A stretch of DNA of 51,197 nucleotides, from contig JACQUK010000134.1 in NCBI GenBank assembly GCA_016210325.1, positions 1 through 51,197 on the forward strand, given 5' to 3'. Positions 35,873-46,005 of the stretch are shown one piece after another. This stretch comes from Chloroflexota bacterium. GTDB taxonomy: Bacteria > Chloroflexota > Dehalococcoidia > Lucifugimonadales > HRBIN23. The stretch's first letter is position 1, and each line of letters starts with the position of its first letter. Made by a program: the position numbers and the translations under genes. Under the pieces are notes generated by a model that saw only the letters and a program-made list of their open reading frames with translations, ran no database searches and was not told the origin of the DNA.

Positions 35873-36160
35873 CTACTGGACTGAGAACGCCCGATAGGTG
35901 CCACTGGAGAGTGCCCAGGTGGCCTTCACCTTGTCAACGCGGGCCAGGGGCGGCCCCCTCCGAAGGTGCTCCAGCAGCGCCTCCAGGGAGGCCCTGGGGC
36001 CCTCGGCCACCACCTCCACCGAGGCGCCGTCAGGCAGGTTGCGCACGTACCCTATGAGGCCCAGGCGACAGGCGCGTTCGGCCACAAACTGTCGGAAGAA
36101 GACCCCCTGGACCCTGCCGTACACCGTGGCGTGCAATGATAACACCTCTTGGACGGCCAT
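35873..36160 (-). CDS. acyP: Acylphosphatase
   Basis: GRVQGVFFR, GYVRNLPDG, GPPLARV. Confidence 0.95.
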   Translation of the reverse strand: MAVQEVLSLHATVYGRVQGVFFRQFVAERACRLGLIGYVRNLPDGASVEVVAEGPRASLEALLEHLRRGPPLARVDKVKATWALSSGTYRAFSVQ

Positions 36161-36364
36161 CCGGTCATCCCCTCCTCCCACTCTGCCTCCAGTGTAGCAG
36201 TCCAGATGGAGGGAAGGGAGCAAGCCCCAGGGGCTGTGGAGGTGAACAAGGCGCTTCAGGCTGTGGTAAAGTAGGGGACGCCCAAGGCAGCCAGGGCCTG
36301 GGTACTGGGGCGGCATGGGATTGCCTTGGGGAGGGACGACACTCAACCGTGGAGGTGCACAGGA

Positions 36365-37201
36365 ATGGTGGACTACCGGCTCTCCATCGGAAATGCGGAG
36401 GTCATCGCCTTCTCCGACGCCACCTTCCAGCGGGGTCCCACTGAGTTCTTCCGGGCCACCTCGGACAAGGACTGGGGACCCTACCGAGACCTCATGACCC
36501 CGGAGGGGCAACTCCGCATCAACATTGGCTGCTACGCCGTGCGCTCTCAGGGGCGCTGGGTGATGGTGGACACGGGCATCGGGCCAGGGCCTGTCGCCGC
36601 CCTGGGCAGCGTCCAGGGCCAGCTCGGGCGGCTGCTGAAGGAGCGCGGGGTGCCGGCCGAGGAGGTGGCAGCGGTGGTCTTCACCCACCTGCACGTGGAC
36701 CACGTGGGCTGGAACATCACCCCGCAGGAGGGTAAACCCAGGCCTCTCTTCCCCAACGCCCGCTACCTGGCGTCCCGGAGCGACTGGGAGTTCTTCACCA
36801 GCCCTGAGAACCAGCAGCGGTTCCCTTACATCAAGACCCAGGTACTGCCGCTCCAGCAGCTTGGCATCCTGGAGCTTACCTCGGGCGAGAAGCGCGTCAC
36901 CGACGAGGTGCGTACGGTGCCTACCCCCGGCCACACGCCGGGCCACGTCAGCGTCGCCATCGCCTCGGGCGGACAGCGGGGATTCATCCTGGGGGATGTG
37001 GCACACCATCCGGCCCAGGCGGCCGAGACCGACTGGGGGACCCGGGCCGACGTGGACCCTGACCTGGCGCGACACACCCGCCACCAGGTGTTCGACCAAC
37101 TGGAGCGGGAGGGGACGACGGTCGCGGCCGGCCATTTCCCCACGCCGGGGTTCGGCCGGCTGGTGCGGGCCCAGGGGCGCCGCTACTGGCAGGTGCTGTA
37201 G
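36365..37201 (+). CDS. MBL-fold hydrolase (YtnP/AHL-lactonase-like)
   Basis: THLHVDHVGWN, FPNARY, TPGHTPGH, GDVAH, HFP. Confidence 0.9.
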   Translation: MVDYRLSIGNAEVIAFSDATFQRGPTEFFRATSDKDWGPYRDLMTPEGQLRINIGCYAVRSQGRWVMVDTGIGPGPVAALGSVQGQLGRLLKERGVPAEEVAAVVFTHLHVDHVGWNITPQEGKPRPLFPNARYLASRSDWEFFTSPENQQRFPYIKTQVLPLQQLGILELTSGEKRVTDEVRTVPTPGHTPGHVSVAIASGGQRGFILGDVAHHPAQAAETDWGTRADVDPDLARHTRHQVFDQLEREGTTVAAGHFPTPGFGRLVRAQGRRYWQVL

Positions 37202-37220
37202 AGCGGGGCATCACCGTTCT

Positions 37221-37413
37221 CTAGTGTGGTGTCCCCGAAGTTCGCCGAGCCCGACGAACGAGAACCGTGGCAATGGTTCGGCAGGCTCACCACGGCGTCT
37301 GGAGGAAGGGTGGACCCCGCCGCTCCCGACAGCATCGGGACTTCGTCGTCCCAATTACATCGGGATTCCTCGCAGTGACAATTCGTAAACGTATTTCGGA
37401 GACAGGACACTAG
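37221..37413. mobile_element. IS630-like MITE with internal palindromes
   Basis: CTAGTGTGGTGTCCCCGAAG / TTTCGGAGACAGGACACTAG (16/20 inverted); CTAG at both ends. Confidence 0.65.
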
Positions 37414-37513
37414 ATGGCGGTGCCTGGAGCGTGGCTGCACCGGGCGTTGTGATCGCCCCTTCTGAAGCCCGGCTACGCCACTCAGGCATCGCCGGCGGGG
37501 TCGGCCCCGCCGG

Positions 37514-38104
37514 CTAGGTTATGCCCGTGGCCCGGGAGACGAGCGCACGTATCTCGTCCACCTCGGCCTGCTGCCAGGCTGGGTAGCGGGCCTGGGACCG
37601 CCGGCGGCTCTCGGCGCGCTGCGCCTCCTCGCCAGCCACCTGGGCCTTTACCTCCGCCTCGATGCGCGCCCGCTCCTCGTTGGCCAGCCCGGGCCGCTCG
37701 ATCCAGTGGCAGAGGTAGCGGCCGTCCTTGGTGTAGAACACAAAGACGGGGATGGAGCGGAACTGCCCGTCCTTCAGGAACTCGTCCATGATGTCCAGGT
37801 TCTGGTCCCGGGGGAAGACGCGGAACTCCAGCCCTGCCAACTCGGCCAGCTTGGCCATCACGGGCATACCCCGGTAGACATCGGGGCACCAGTCCTCACC
37901 CAGGCATAGCACCGTGGCAGGCCCGCCATGTGCCGCCTTGGCCCTACGGAAGAACTCCACGTCCTCCGGGCGGGGCTGGTAGGAGTCCCAGTACTGCTGA
38001 AAGCGGTCTTTGTTGACCTTGATGACCGCCTGGAAGTACTCGTTGTATGGGTGCCCCCGTGCGAACCGCTCCGGGGTGACCACACTGGCCTTCTGCGCCA
38101 TCAT
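37514..38104 (-). CDS. Thioredoxin-like protein (single-Cys WCPD type)
   Basis: EDWCPD...RDQNLDIMD...RSIPVFVF...WIERP. Confidence 0.85.
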   Translation of the reverse strand: MMAQKASVVTPERFARGHPYNEYFQAVIKVNKDRFQQYWDSYQPRPEDVEFFRRAKAAHGGPATVLCLGEDWCPDVYRGMPVMAKLAELAGLEFRVFPRDQNLDIMDEFLKDGQFRSIPVFVFYTKDGRYLCHWIERPGLANEERARIEAEVKAQVAGEEAQRAESRRRSQARYPAWQQAEVDEIRALVSRATGIT

Positions 38105-38207
38105 CCCTCCTTGCTGCCTGAGAAGATGCGTCTATCTGAGAGCCCCAGGGGCACTAGGGGTCTCCCCCACAGGACCCCCACGGGCCAACGGCCCGTCACT
38201 CGATGTG

Positions 38208-38423
38208 TCAGCCGGCTTCGCCCTCGAACCCATGCTCCACGCGGCCGTCCGGCCAGACGACGATGGGCACCGCGTCGCCGTAGCGCAGCGCCTCGTCCAG
38301 CCACCCCTGGTCCGCGTCCACCGGTCGCTCCTCGTAGGCGACGCCTTGGCGCCGCCACGCCCGCTTCAGCTTGATGCACGTAGGGCAAGTGGTGAGGGTA
38401 TACACAATGGGCTTGGTTGTCAT
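38208..38423 (-). CDS. Glutaredoxin/NrdH-like protein
   Basis: VYTLTTCPTC, VP cis-Pro motif, GF end. Confidence 0.85.
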   Translation of the reverse strand: MTTKPIVYTLTTCPTCIKLKRAWRRQGVAYEERPVDADQGWLDEALRYGDAVPIVVWPDGRVEHGFEGEAG

Positions 38424-38681
38424 GGGCCTCCGCCACCCAAAGGGGTGTACCTGGTCTATGATGCCGGAACAGGGGACCGGATGCTGCCCATACTAGCACA
38501 GGTGCCGGTGGGATGTCACGGCAGGATGAGCGCCGGTTCCAGTCAGTTGATGTTGAGGACACTTTCCAGGTATCCTCCGGGCAGCCCAAGCCTGGAGGAA
38601 ATACCGGATGGAATCTCTACCAGGCCCGCTTTCCAATCTGTCAGTCGTCATTCCGCTCGGTTGTCCAAGTCAAGGGTCCAG

Positions 38682-38761
38682 CCCGCTCGTACCTCCACAC
38701 GTCCGACCCCGACTCGTCGGGGTCGCGACTCTCGACGGAGTCGGAGCTCAGTACGAGCGGG
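38682..38761. repeat. REP family A palindrome with nested 44-nt insert
   Basis: CCCGCTCGTAC...GTACGAGCGGG enclosing 38702-38745. Confidence 0.85.
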
Positions 38762-38765
38762 ATCG

Positions 38766-39425
38766 CTAGCCCTTCAGCCAGAGGACATCGCCGCACAGGT
38801 CTGGCGGGTGGGGGCGGCCCGCGAAGACGCGGTACTCCTCTCTGGCCCGCCCAATGGTGGTGGTGTCCCCATGGCCGGGGTAGACCACCGTGGCGTCGGG
38901 TAGGACCAGCAGCTTGGTGGTGATGCTGCGGATGGACTCCTGGAGCGCTTCCGGCGTTCGCGTGTGGCCTGGTCCGCCAGGAAAGAGGGTGTCCCCAGAG
39001 AAGAGGGCGTTGCCCAGAAGCAGACAGGTGGCACCCGGCGTGTGGCCTGGGGTATGGACGACCTTCAACGCCAGGCGCCCGAAGGGCACCAGGTCGCCGT
39101 CGTTGAGGTAGAAGTCCGGGGGCGTGGGCATAGCCTCGGCGTCGGCGCGGCCGATGGCGGCGGGGGCGCCGGTAGCCGTCTTGATAGCGCCGAACCCAGC
39201 CAGGTGGTCGGCGTGGCGGTGGGTGATGAGGATGGCGCGGACCCGGGTCCCCTGGGCCGCGGCCAGCACCTTCTCCGGCTCCTCTGGCGTGTCAATGATG
39301 ACGCTCTCAGCCGTCTGGCAGCAGACCAGCACGTAGGCGTTGTTGTTGTACCGGCCGCACACGGCCCGGTAGAGGCGCAGGGTCTCGTCCTCGTAGTAGG
39401 GCTGCACGGGTCCTCCTTCGCTCAA
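38766..39425 (-). CDS. MBL-fold hydrolase (glyoxalase II-like)
   Basis: THRHADH, HTPGHTPG, SGDTLF, YPGHG. Confidence 0.9.
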   Translation of the reverse strand: MSEGGPVQPYYEDETLRLYRAVCGRYNNNAYVLVCCQTAESVIIDTPEEPEKVLAAAQGTRVRAILITHRHADHLAGFGAIKTATGAPAAIGRADAEAMPTPPDFYLNDGDLVPFGRLALKVVHTPGHTPGATCLLLGNALFSGDTLFPGGPGHTRTPEALQESIRSITTKLLVLPDATVVYPGHGDTTTIGRAREEYRVFAGRPHPPDLCGDVLWLKG

Positions 39426-39550
39426 GCCTCCCGGCGGCCGGCCACTGCCCTGCGGCGTGGTGGGCTGAACTCAAGCGCCTGTTCATGGTCCGACATATTC
39501 ACCATCAGTGTCGTCGCGAACGCAGGGTCATTTCATTGTCGCTCATTCGT

Positions 39551-39628
39551 CCCCCATCCTGACCTTCCCCCGTTTCCGGGGGAAGGCACTGTGCTCTCCC
39601 CCGTGTGGGGGAGAGTCCGCGAGAGGGT
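39551..39628. repeat. REP family C (CCCCATCCTGACCTTCCCCC...GGGGGAAGG / CTCTCCCCC...GGGGGAGAG)
   Basis: Two tandem GC hairpins in an intergenic position. Confidence 0.75.
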
Positions 39629-39724
39629 ACAAACGAAAGGACCCTGGGCGCTGCGTGGGACCAGTAGAGGCAGCGCCAGGCCATCCGGTCCGGGGTGTTT
39701 CCTGGGCCTGGCCAAAGGCCGACG

Positions 39725-40408
39725 TTATCCCCCGGCCTTCACCTTGAGGACAGGCTCCAGCACCTCGACCCTGGCCGCCGCGCCCACCAGCGAGCGGAAC
39801 TTCTCCGGATCGCCGGCCGTGGCGTACTGGTAGTGCATGGGGATGACCACCCTGGGCTTGATAAGGTCTCGTACCGCCTGCGCCGCCTCGGCCTCGTCCA
39901 TGGTATAGGTGCCACCGATGGGCAGCAGGGCGATGTCCACCGGGCCTAGCTTCCCCATCTCTGGCACCTTGCCGGTGTCCCCAGCATGGAAGATGTGCTG
40001 ACCCCCCATGCTGAACAGGAACCCGGTGTTGAACCCCTGCTCCTTGGAGTGGTGCTGGTTGTACCCCGCCACAGCGGTGATGGCAACCCCCTTCTGCTGC
40101 GCCGACTCGCCCGCCTTGATGGCCACGACCTTCCAGGGCCCCTTGAGCTTGGCGGACAGCTCGGCGGCCACCACCGGGTTGGTGACGATGACGGCATCGT
40201 CCTTGGCGCAGACGCGAATGGCGTCGGGGTCCATGTGGTCGAAGTGTGGGTGGGTCACCAGCACCAGGTCGCCCCTGTCCGCGCCCACCTCTTTCGCCGC
40301 AATGCGGTGCGGGTCGGCCCACACGACTACCCGTGGGGACTTGATCTTGAAGCTGGCCTGCACGTAGCGGGTAAACTCCACCCCGTTGATGGTTATGCTA
40401 CTGGCCAT
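39725..40408 (-). CDS. MBL-fold hydrolase (UlaG/UPF0173-like)
   Basis: THPHFDH, HAGDT, LPIGGTYTM, IPMHY. Confidence 0.9.
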   Translation of the reverse strand: MASSITINGVEFTRYVQASFKIKSPRVVVWADPHRIAAKEVGADRGDLVLVTHPHFDHMDPDAIRVCAKDDAVIVTNPVVAAELSAKLKGPWKVVAIKAGESAQQKGVAITAVAGYNQHHSKEQGFNTGFLFSMGGQHIFHAGDTGKVPEMGKLGPVDIALLPIGGTYTMDEAEAAQAVRDLIKPRVVIPMHYQYATAGDPEKFRSLVGAAARVEVLEPVLKVKAGG

Positions 40409-40464
40409 TACGCCACCTCCTTGGCAGGTTAGCTTTTTCAAGCATGGTGAGCCGCGGGTCGCTC

Positions 40465-41439
40465 CTACTGTCGGAAGACCAGCAAGACGGCCACGATGGC
40501 CCCCAGCCAGAGCGCCACCGCCGCCAGGATGGGGCCGTCCCTCAGCAGGATGTCCTCGGGCGCCTCGCCCCGGTTGCGATGGTACACCAGGTACAGGTAG
40601 CGGAACAGGCCATAGGCCACCAGGGGGATGGTCAGCATCATGGCGTGGTTACCGGGCAGGTTGGGGGCGGTGAACGTGTAGAGCGAGTAGGCAATGAGCG
40701 TGGCGGCCGAGACCAGGGCAATGAGCTGGTCCAGCAGCGGCAGAGAGTAGTCCTTCAGGGCCTCCCGCTGGGCCAGGGCAGCGTCGGCGCCTGCCAGGGC
40801 CAGCTCGCTGCGCCGCTTGGCGAAGCCGATAAGCAGCGCGCCCAGGCTGGTGATGACATAGAGCCAGGGTGACACGGGGGCGCTGATGACCACCGCGCCA
40901 GCCACGGCCCGCAGCACGTACCCGGCGCTGAGGGCCATGACATCCAGCAGCACGGCCCGCTTCAGGGCGAAGGAGTAGGCCAGGGTCAGGGCCAGGTAGA
41001 GCAGCGCCACGCCCCCAAACCAGGGGCCCAGCAGGAAGGAGAGGGCAGCACCGCCTGTCCCCAACAGCGCCGCCGTGCCAACCGCCAGGGGCACTGGCAG
41101 GGCCCCACTGGCGATAGGGCGGTGGCGCTTGCGAAGGTGCTGGCGGTCCCGGGATGCGTCGACCAGGTCGTTGACCAGGTAGACGGCGCTGGAGAGGAGG
41201 CAGAACACCAGGAACCCCAGGGTGACCCGCCCCAGCAGGGCAGCCGCACCTCCCGGGTCGGCGGGACTCCACTGCTCGTTGATGGTGAAGAAGAAGGCGA
41301 AGTAGAGCAGCGCGTTCTTGGTCCACTGCTGCGGGCGCGCCGCCAGGGCCAGGGCGCGCAGCATGGCCAGGGCCGCGGCCGGACCGCGCCGTCCCTCCGA
41401 TCCCGAGACCTCGGCCCCCCGTTCCAGGGCCATCGCCAT
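40465..41439 (-). CDS. UbiA-family decaprenyl-phosphate phosphoribosyltransferase-like protein
   Basis: RPQQWTKN, YLVNDLVDASRDRQH..KRHRPIASG, KRRSEL, YGLFRY; start codon uncertain. Confidence 0.9.
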   Translation of the reverse strand: MAMALERGAEVSGSEGRRGPAAALAMLRALALAARPQQWTKNALLYFAFFFTINEQWSPADPGGAAALLGRVTLGFLVFCLLSSAVYLVNDLVDASRDRQHLRKRHRPIASGALPVPLAVGTAALLGTGGAALSFLLGPWFGGVALLYLALTLAYSFALKRAVLLDVMALSAGYVLRAVAGAVVISAPVSPWLYVITSLGALLIGFAKRRSELALAGADAALAQREALKDYSLPLLDQLIALVSAATLIAYSLYTFTAPNLPGNHAMMLTIPLVAYGLFRYLYLVYHRNRGEAPEDILLRDGPILAAVALWLGAIVAVLLVFRQ

Positions 41440-41614
41440 GCCCCACTCTGCCAAGGCTGATGGCATAATAGGCTGGCGGGAGAACCGCCGTCAACGCGGG
41501 ACGGCCAGGCCCAGGGCCGTTCAGAGGTCCGCCTGCGCTTCTATGACGCTCTCGGTTCGACACGCTCAAGGTGAGCGAGGCGCTGCCGCAATCCCACTTG
41601 GACAGGAGGGTGCC

Positions 41615-42193
41615 ATGAAGGTCCGCAAGCTGGTCACCATTGTGGAAGAGGTATGGTCCGAGGGCGGCAGGCCCCTGGAGCGCCCTCTGCGGAAGGCTGC
41701 TGCCATCGCTGTCATCGAGAACCCCTGCGCAGGCCGCTACGTAGAGGACCTGGCCGAGCTGGTGGAGGTTGGCGAGAAGCTGGGCGAGCTGCTGGGCAAG
41801 CGGGCGGTGGAGGCCCTGGGCAAAGGGCCGGCGGGCGTGGAGAGCTATGGCAAGGCGGCGATTGTGGGCACCGACGGGGAGTATGAGCACGCCGCCGCTA
41901 TCCTGCACCCCAAGCTGGGCACCCCCTTCCGCGAGGCCGTGGGCGGCGGTAAGGCCATCATCCCCTCGGCCAAGAAGGTGGCAGGCCCTGGCGCCTCAGT
42001 GGACGTGCCCCTGCACTACAAGGACGCCGCCTTCGTCCGCAGCCACTTCGACGCCATGGAGGTGCGGGTGCCCGACGCGCCGCGGCCCAACGAGATCGTG
42101 GTGGCCCTGGTCGTCACCGACGGCGGCCGCCCCCACCCGCGCATCGGCGGCCTGCGTAAAGAGGAGGCCAAAGGGGTGGACGGGCTGAGGTAG
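41615..42193 (+). CDS. DUF1185 'amino acid synthesis' family protein
   Basis: AVIENPCAGRY, ESYGKAAIVG.DGE.EH, RSHFD, DAPRPNE, GRPHPR. Confidence 0.9.
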   Translation: MKVRKLVTIVEEVWSEGGRPLERPLRKAAAIAVIENPCAGRYVEDLAELVEVGEKLGELLGKRAVEALGKGPAGVESYGKAAIVGTDGEYEHAAAILHPKLGTPFREAVGGGKAIIPSAKKVAGPGASVDVPLHYKDAAFVRSHFDAMEVRVPDAPRPNEIVVALVVTDGGRPHPRIGGLRKEEAKGVDGLR

Positions 42194-42212
42194 GGGGGTG
42201 CGGTCCCGCTTG

Positions 42213-45200
42213 TTACGGCTGCGGCTTCACCCCCAGAAGCTCTGAAACCAGCCCATCAATGCGGGCTGCAATCCCGTCCTCCTGGAGGGCCTTACGGATG
42301 AGCTGCCTGGCCTTGACGAAGTGCGTCCTTTCTCTTAGCGCCACAGCACCGGCCACTTGCTCAGCGTGCGACGCAGCCCGCACTAGCTCCTGATGGAGCG
42401 GCTTGGACGGGTCAAAGGGCGGGATACGCAGGGACAGCATTGCTTTGTCAAAGTGGCGCGCTCCCCACTGGCCGCGGGGCTGTTTGTCTGCCACGCGGGC
42501 GCGGGCTGTTTCGCTGTTGAGCACCGCTGCCAGGTACCACGCCTCTTCCTCGGTCTCTGGAGCAATCCAGTAAAGTGCGTGCTCGACCAGAGCGGAGCCG
42601 TCAGTTAGGAGCGCCGCTGCGGGCAATGTGCCGGACGCCGCATACACGACTCGCAGCAAGGAAGTAGGGAACTGTGCAGTGAGCTTCCCGTAGTAGTCAA
42701 TCTGCTGGGCGAACGTCAGGCCTCCCCGACCATGCTCAGCCCACAGGCGCTCAGCTTTCCCCAGCCATCTCGCCAGGTTAGAGTAGCCAGCCTGCTGGGC
42801 AGCCGCGGCATCCAGAAGGCGGTTGCCTCCCTCCTCCCAGGGGATGACCGCCAGGACGGGCCCCAGTAGCCGGAAGGGTGCCACGGACTCGCCCAGGTAC
42901 AGGGGCCTCAGGAACTCTTCTTCCACATTGTCGTGCAGAGGAGGCAAGTGCTTCCACGGACGTTTCTCCTGACTTGTACGGCGGCTCTGGACTACGGGGG
43001 CTATGGGGTTTCCTCCGAGGGCTCCAATCTGCGCAGGTTCCACCACACACAAGACGCGAGGGAAGATAGTTGCTCCGTTCCGGAAGAGTTCACGGTAAGG
43101 CGATCCCGCCGCCTCCTCATCAGTAACAACGGGCCACGGTTTCTGCTCCCAGTGCAGGGCCACCTCCGCCTCTGCTGGAGAGGCGTCCCGCCGGGGCAGG
43201 GTGCCCTTGGCGGCCAGCACCGTGGTCGGGAGGGCTTTCCCCTCGCCTCCACCAGGTCGTGCAAGCAACACGCAGGAAGGGACGGGAAAAAGGGGCTGCA
43301 CGTTGTCACTGAGGGCCCAGGCCTCCGTAAACTGCACCGTAGCCACGGCCTGCTGCACTCTCTTGCCCCGCCTGGCGCCGTAGATGCCCGTCCGGAACCC
43401 CTCGAACTGCCTTCGGGACATGGCCGCGTAGGGCATGACAAAGGCGATAACGCCCGTAGGCTTCAGGTAGAGCTCCACACAGCGGGCAAAGAAGTAGGCA
43501 GAGAGGTCCTGGTGAGTAGCCATCTTGCCCCCGGCCCACAGGCCGCGGCGCTGACACTCTTCCCGGAAACGTTCCTGTGTCACTCGCTCCATGTCGTGGT
43601 AGGGGAGCCACGGTGGATTGCCAATCACCACATCAGCCCGCTGGTGCTCCTGGGAAAGCCAAACCGGTCGTACCAGGTTGCGGGCCACGAAGCCCCAGAT
43701 GTGGTCGCGCTTCTCCGCGTGCAGCCGACGCAGGGTCTCATAGGTCTGAGCTAGGATTTCAATAGTTTGAGTTGCCAGATGGTGGGTTCGTTCCAGCCAG
43801 GCACTCAAACCTTCGGAAGAGGCATTCTGCCTGCTCAGGTCCAACATACGCCCAATCACCGCATCAAACAGGCCGGGGTCACGGGCCACCTCGAAAGGGA
43901 ACTCAAGGAGTGGGCCGCCATCTGGGACTTCTATGAGCACCTCACGCTCCGCCAGGAACCCTCGAGTGTTCCACTGGAGAGAGTCGCCCAGGTAGACGGG
44001 GATGGTGAGGTGTGGTGGCCGGTGACGCAGTCGCTCCTCACCCAGGGCCAGGAGGAAGGTGACCCGGGCGATCTGGACCGCCACCGGATGCACATCCACG
44101 CCAAAGACCTGCTGGCAGGCCCGCTCCACGCCTCCCCCGGTCGGGATCCCAGCCCCATCGGCTGCGGCAAGCAGGCGGCGCACCGCGTGGAAAAGGAACG
44201 TTCCCGAACCGCAGGCGGGGTCCAATACCCGCTGCTCCAGGGGACGCTCGATGGCCCGGGCGCACATCCGGTGCGCTAACCAGTCCGGGGTATAGTACTC
44301 GCCCAGGCCATGCCGCTGCTCCGGGTCTATCAGCGACTCGTATAAGCCTTTGAGCACGTCGGTCCGCACGTCCCGCAGGCGGAAACGCCCCGCCTGGAGT
44401 GCGATGCGGCGGACGAGGTCATTCCCCCTGCTGTGAGCAAGGAGCCAGTCAAAGAAGTCGGCCTCCACGGCACCGCCGATGCCTGCCTCGAGGAAGGGAC
44501 GCCCGGCCAGCAGGTCGGGCGGCTCCGGCACATCAATACCCAGCACGTGCGTGGCCATTGTCTTGGCGATGGTTGCCAGATAGGTGTGCTGGAAGAAAAG
44601 GGCGTCCTCGTCCACAGAGGAGCCGTAGACGCGCTCCATGAGCCTGGCCCACAGTTCACGCTTCAGGCGGACGTCTGGCTGGGGACCAATCTCCCTCCAC
44701 AGGCCCGCCAACTCTTCTCGCACCATGTGCCAGGCCAGGCTGTCGCGGCCCAGCTCCCGGCTGACCACTTCCGGCGTCGGTTCCAGGTCAGCGCTGACAG
44801 CAACTGCGGAGCTCAGCCAGGCAAGAAGGTCTCTGGGTTTGTCCATGGAGGCAGTGAAAGAAGGGAGCTGACGAAGCTTGCCAACTCGAAGCTCGTATGG
44901 GAGGAAGGTCGCTCCATCGGTGGCGATGCCTACGAAGTGCTGGCCGGTCTCGGCCTCACGCTGGCCCAGGTAGTCGGGCAGCTTGCGCTCCGCATCTTGC
45001 TTCTCATGGCGAAGGTCGGACTTGAACTCAAAGACGGTCCGTCCGAGCAGGGCGTCAATGCGTCCACGGACCTCGGGCACAGGTCGCTCGAAGTCCACCT
45101 CGGTGCTCCTGGCGCCCAAGCCGTCCACCAGCAGTTGATAGATGAGTGCCCGCACCTTCTCGTGTCCAGGGCGGGACGAAAGCTCTCCAACGATTTCCCG

Positions 45201-45224
45201 GAGGCGCTCTGGTGCTAGCGGCAT
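42213..45224 (-). CDS. Type IIG-like fused restriction-modification protein (PD-(D/E)xK nuclease, N6-MTase, TRD)
   Basis: GRIDALL..TVFEFKS nuclease motif; GEYYTP; DPACGSGTFL motif I; GNPPW motif IV. Confidence 0.85.
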   Translation of the reverse strand: MPLAPERLREIVGELSSRPGHEKVRALIYQLLVDGLGARSTEVDFERPVPEVRGRIDALLGRTVFEFKSDLRHEKQDAERKLPDYLGQREAETGQHFVGIATDGATFLPYELRVGKLRQLPSFTASMDKPRDLLAWLSSAVAVSADLEPTPEVVSRELGRDSLAWHMVREELAGLWREIGPQPDVRLKRELWARLMERVYGSSVDEDALFFQHTYLATIAKTMATHVLGIDVPEPPDLLAGRPFLEAGIGGAVEADFFDWLLAHSRGNDLVRRIALQAGRFRLRDVRTDVLKGLYESLIDPEQRHGLGEYYTPDWLAHRMCARAIERPLEQRVLDPACGSGTFLFHAVRRLLAAADGAGIPTGGGVERACQQVFGVDVHPVAVQIARVTFLLALGEERLRHRPPHLTIPVYLGDSLQWNTRGFLAEREVLIEVPDGGPLLEFPFEVARDPGLFDAVIGRMLDLSRQNASSEGLSAWLERTHHLATQTIEILAQTYETLRRLHAEKRDHIWGFVARNLVRPVWLSQEHQRADVVIGNPPWLPYHDMERVTQERFREECQRRGLWAGGKMATHQDLSAYFFARCVELYLKPTGVIAFVMPYAAMSRRQFEGFRTGIYGARRGKRVQQAVATVQFTEAWALSDNVQPLFPVPSCVLLARPGGGEGKALPTTVLAAKGTLPRRDASPAEAEVALHWEQKPWPVVTDEEAAGSPYRELFRNGATIFPRVLCVVEPAQIGALGGNPIAPVVQSRRTSQEKRPWKHLPPLHDNVEEEFLRPLYLGESVAPFRLLGPVLAVIPWEEGGNRLLDAAAAQQAGYSNLARWLGKAERLWAEHGRGGLTFAQQIDYYGKLTAQFPTSLLRVVYAASGTLPAAALLTDGSALVEHALYWIAPETEEEAWYLAAVLNSETARARVADKQPRGQWGARHFDKAMLSLRIPPFDPSKPLHQELVRAASHAEQVAGAVALRERTHFVKARQLIRKALQEDGIAARIDGLVSELLGVKPQP

Positions 45225-45232
45225 ATCACCCC

Positions 45233-45637
45233 CTAAGCGGGCCTTCCCCGGATTTGCAGCCCGTCTCCTGGAAAACGCTCATCCAGCGTGTACACCACCG
45301 TGCTGCCCGCAGACCGGGCCGCCGCCCAGACCATAGCATCGGCAAAAGACACCCGGCCTGACGGCTTGCAGAGCAGCAGGGCATGGAGTACCAGCCCCTT
45401 GTCCAGGGCAAAGGGCGAGATGTTCTCTTTCTGGAGGAAAGCGATCAAGTGGTCTACCACCAGGCTGCGAGGGACCCGGTAGACCGAGGTCAAGACGTAG
45501 GCGGTCTCGGCCAGCACCACGTCGGTGACCTGTAGCCCTTCCTCGCTGTCTATGACCTGGGCGGCCTGCTCCGCCAGGGCGGGCGGGTCGCCGGTCAGGT
45601 AGCGCACCACCATGCTCGTGTCCAGGAAGCCGTTCAC
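45233..45637 (-). CDS. vapC: PIN-domain (VapC-like) toxin
   Basis: LDTSM, VLAET, SFADA, YTLD acidic PIN motifs. Confidence 0.9.
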   Translation of the reverse strand: MNGFLDTSMVVRYLTGDPPALAEQAAQVIDSEEGLQVTDVVLAETAYVLTSVYRVPRSLVVDHLIAFLQKENISPFALDKGLVLHALLLCKPSGRVSFADAMVWAAARSAGSTVVYTLDERFPGDGLQIRGRPA

Positions 45638-45912
45638 TCCCCTTGCTCCGCTGGCTTGACCTCTTGACGGGCGGCCTCAGTCCAAGCGGCTTCGCGGGCC
45701 TTCTCCCACTCTCGGCCCACGCCAACGCGTGCTTTGATATGTCCGGCCAGGCTGCCCTTGAGCGACTTCCTGTGCCGTGGTGGGACGAAGTACACTTCCA
45801 CGTGGTCATTGACCAGCCGCTGGACCGCAACCCACCCAGGCCCAATCCCGAGGCGCTCCCGGATTTCTTTCGAGATGACGACCTGGCCCTTTGGGCCTAC
45901 CACATGGGCCAT
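45634..45912 (-). CDS. vapB: AbrB/MazE-family (VapB-like) antitoxin
   Basis: VGPKGQVVISKEIRERLGIGPG; overlaps the PIN gene by 4 nt (GTGA). Confidence 0.9.
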   Translation of the reverse strand: MAHVVGPKGQVVISKEIRERLGIGPGWVAVQRLVNDHVEVYFVPPRHRKSLKGSLAGHIKARVGVGREWEKAREAAWTEAARQEVKPAEQGE

Positions 45913-46005
45913 AGTATAACCTCCAGCCTATTGGTACAACCAGATGCTAGCACAGAGCCTTCGTACGTACAAGCAGCAAGTACTTCCCAAGAATAGCGAT
46001 TGAAT

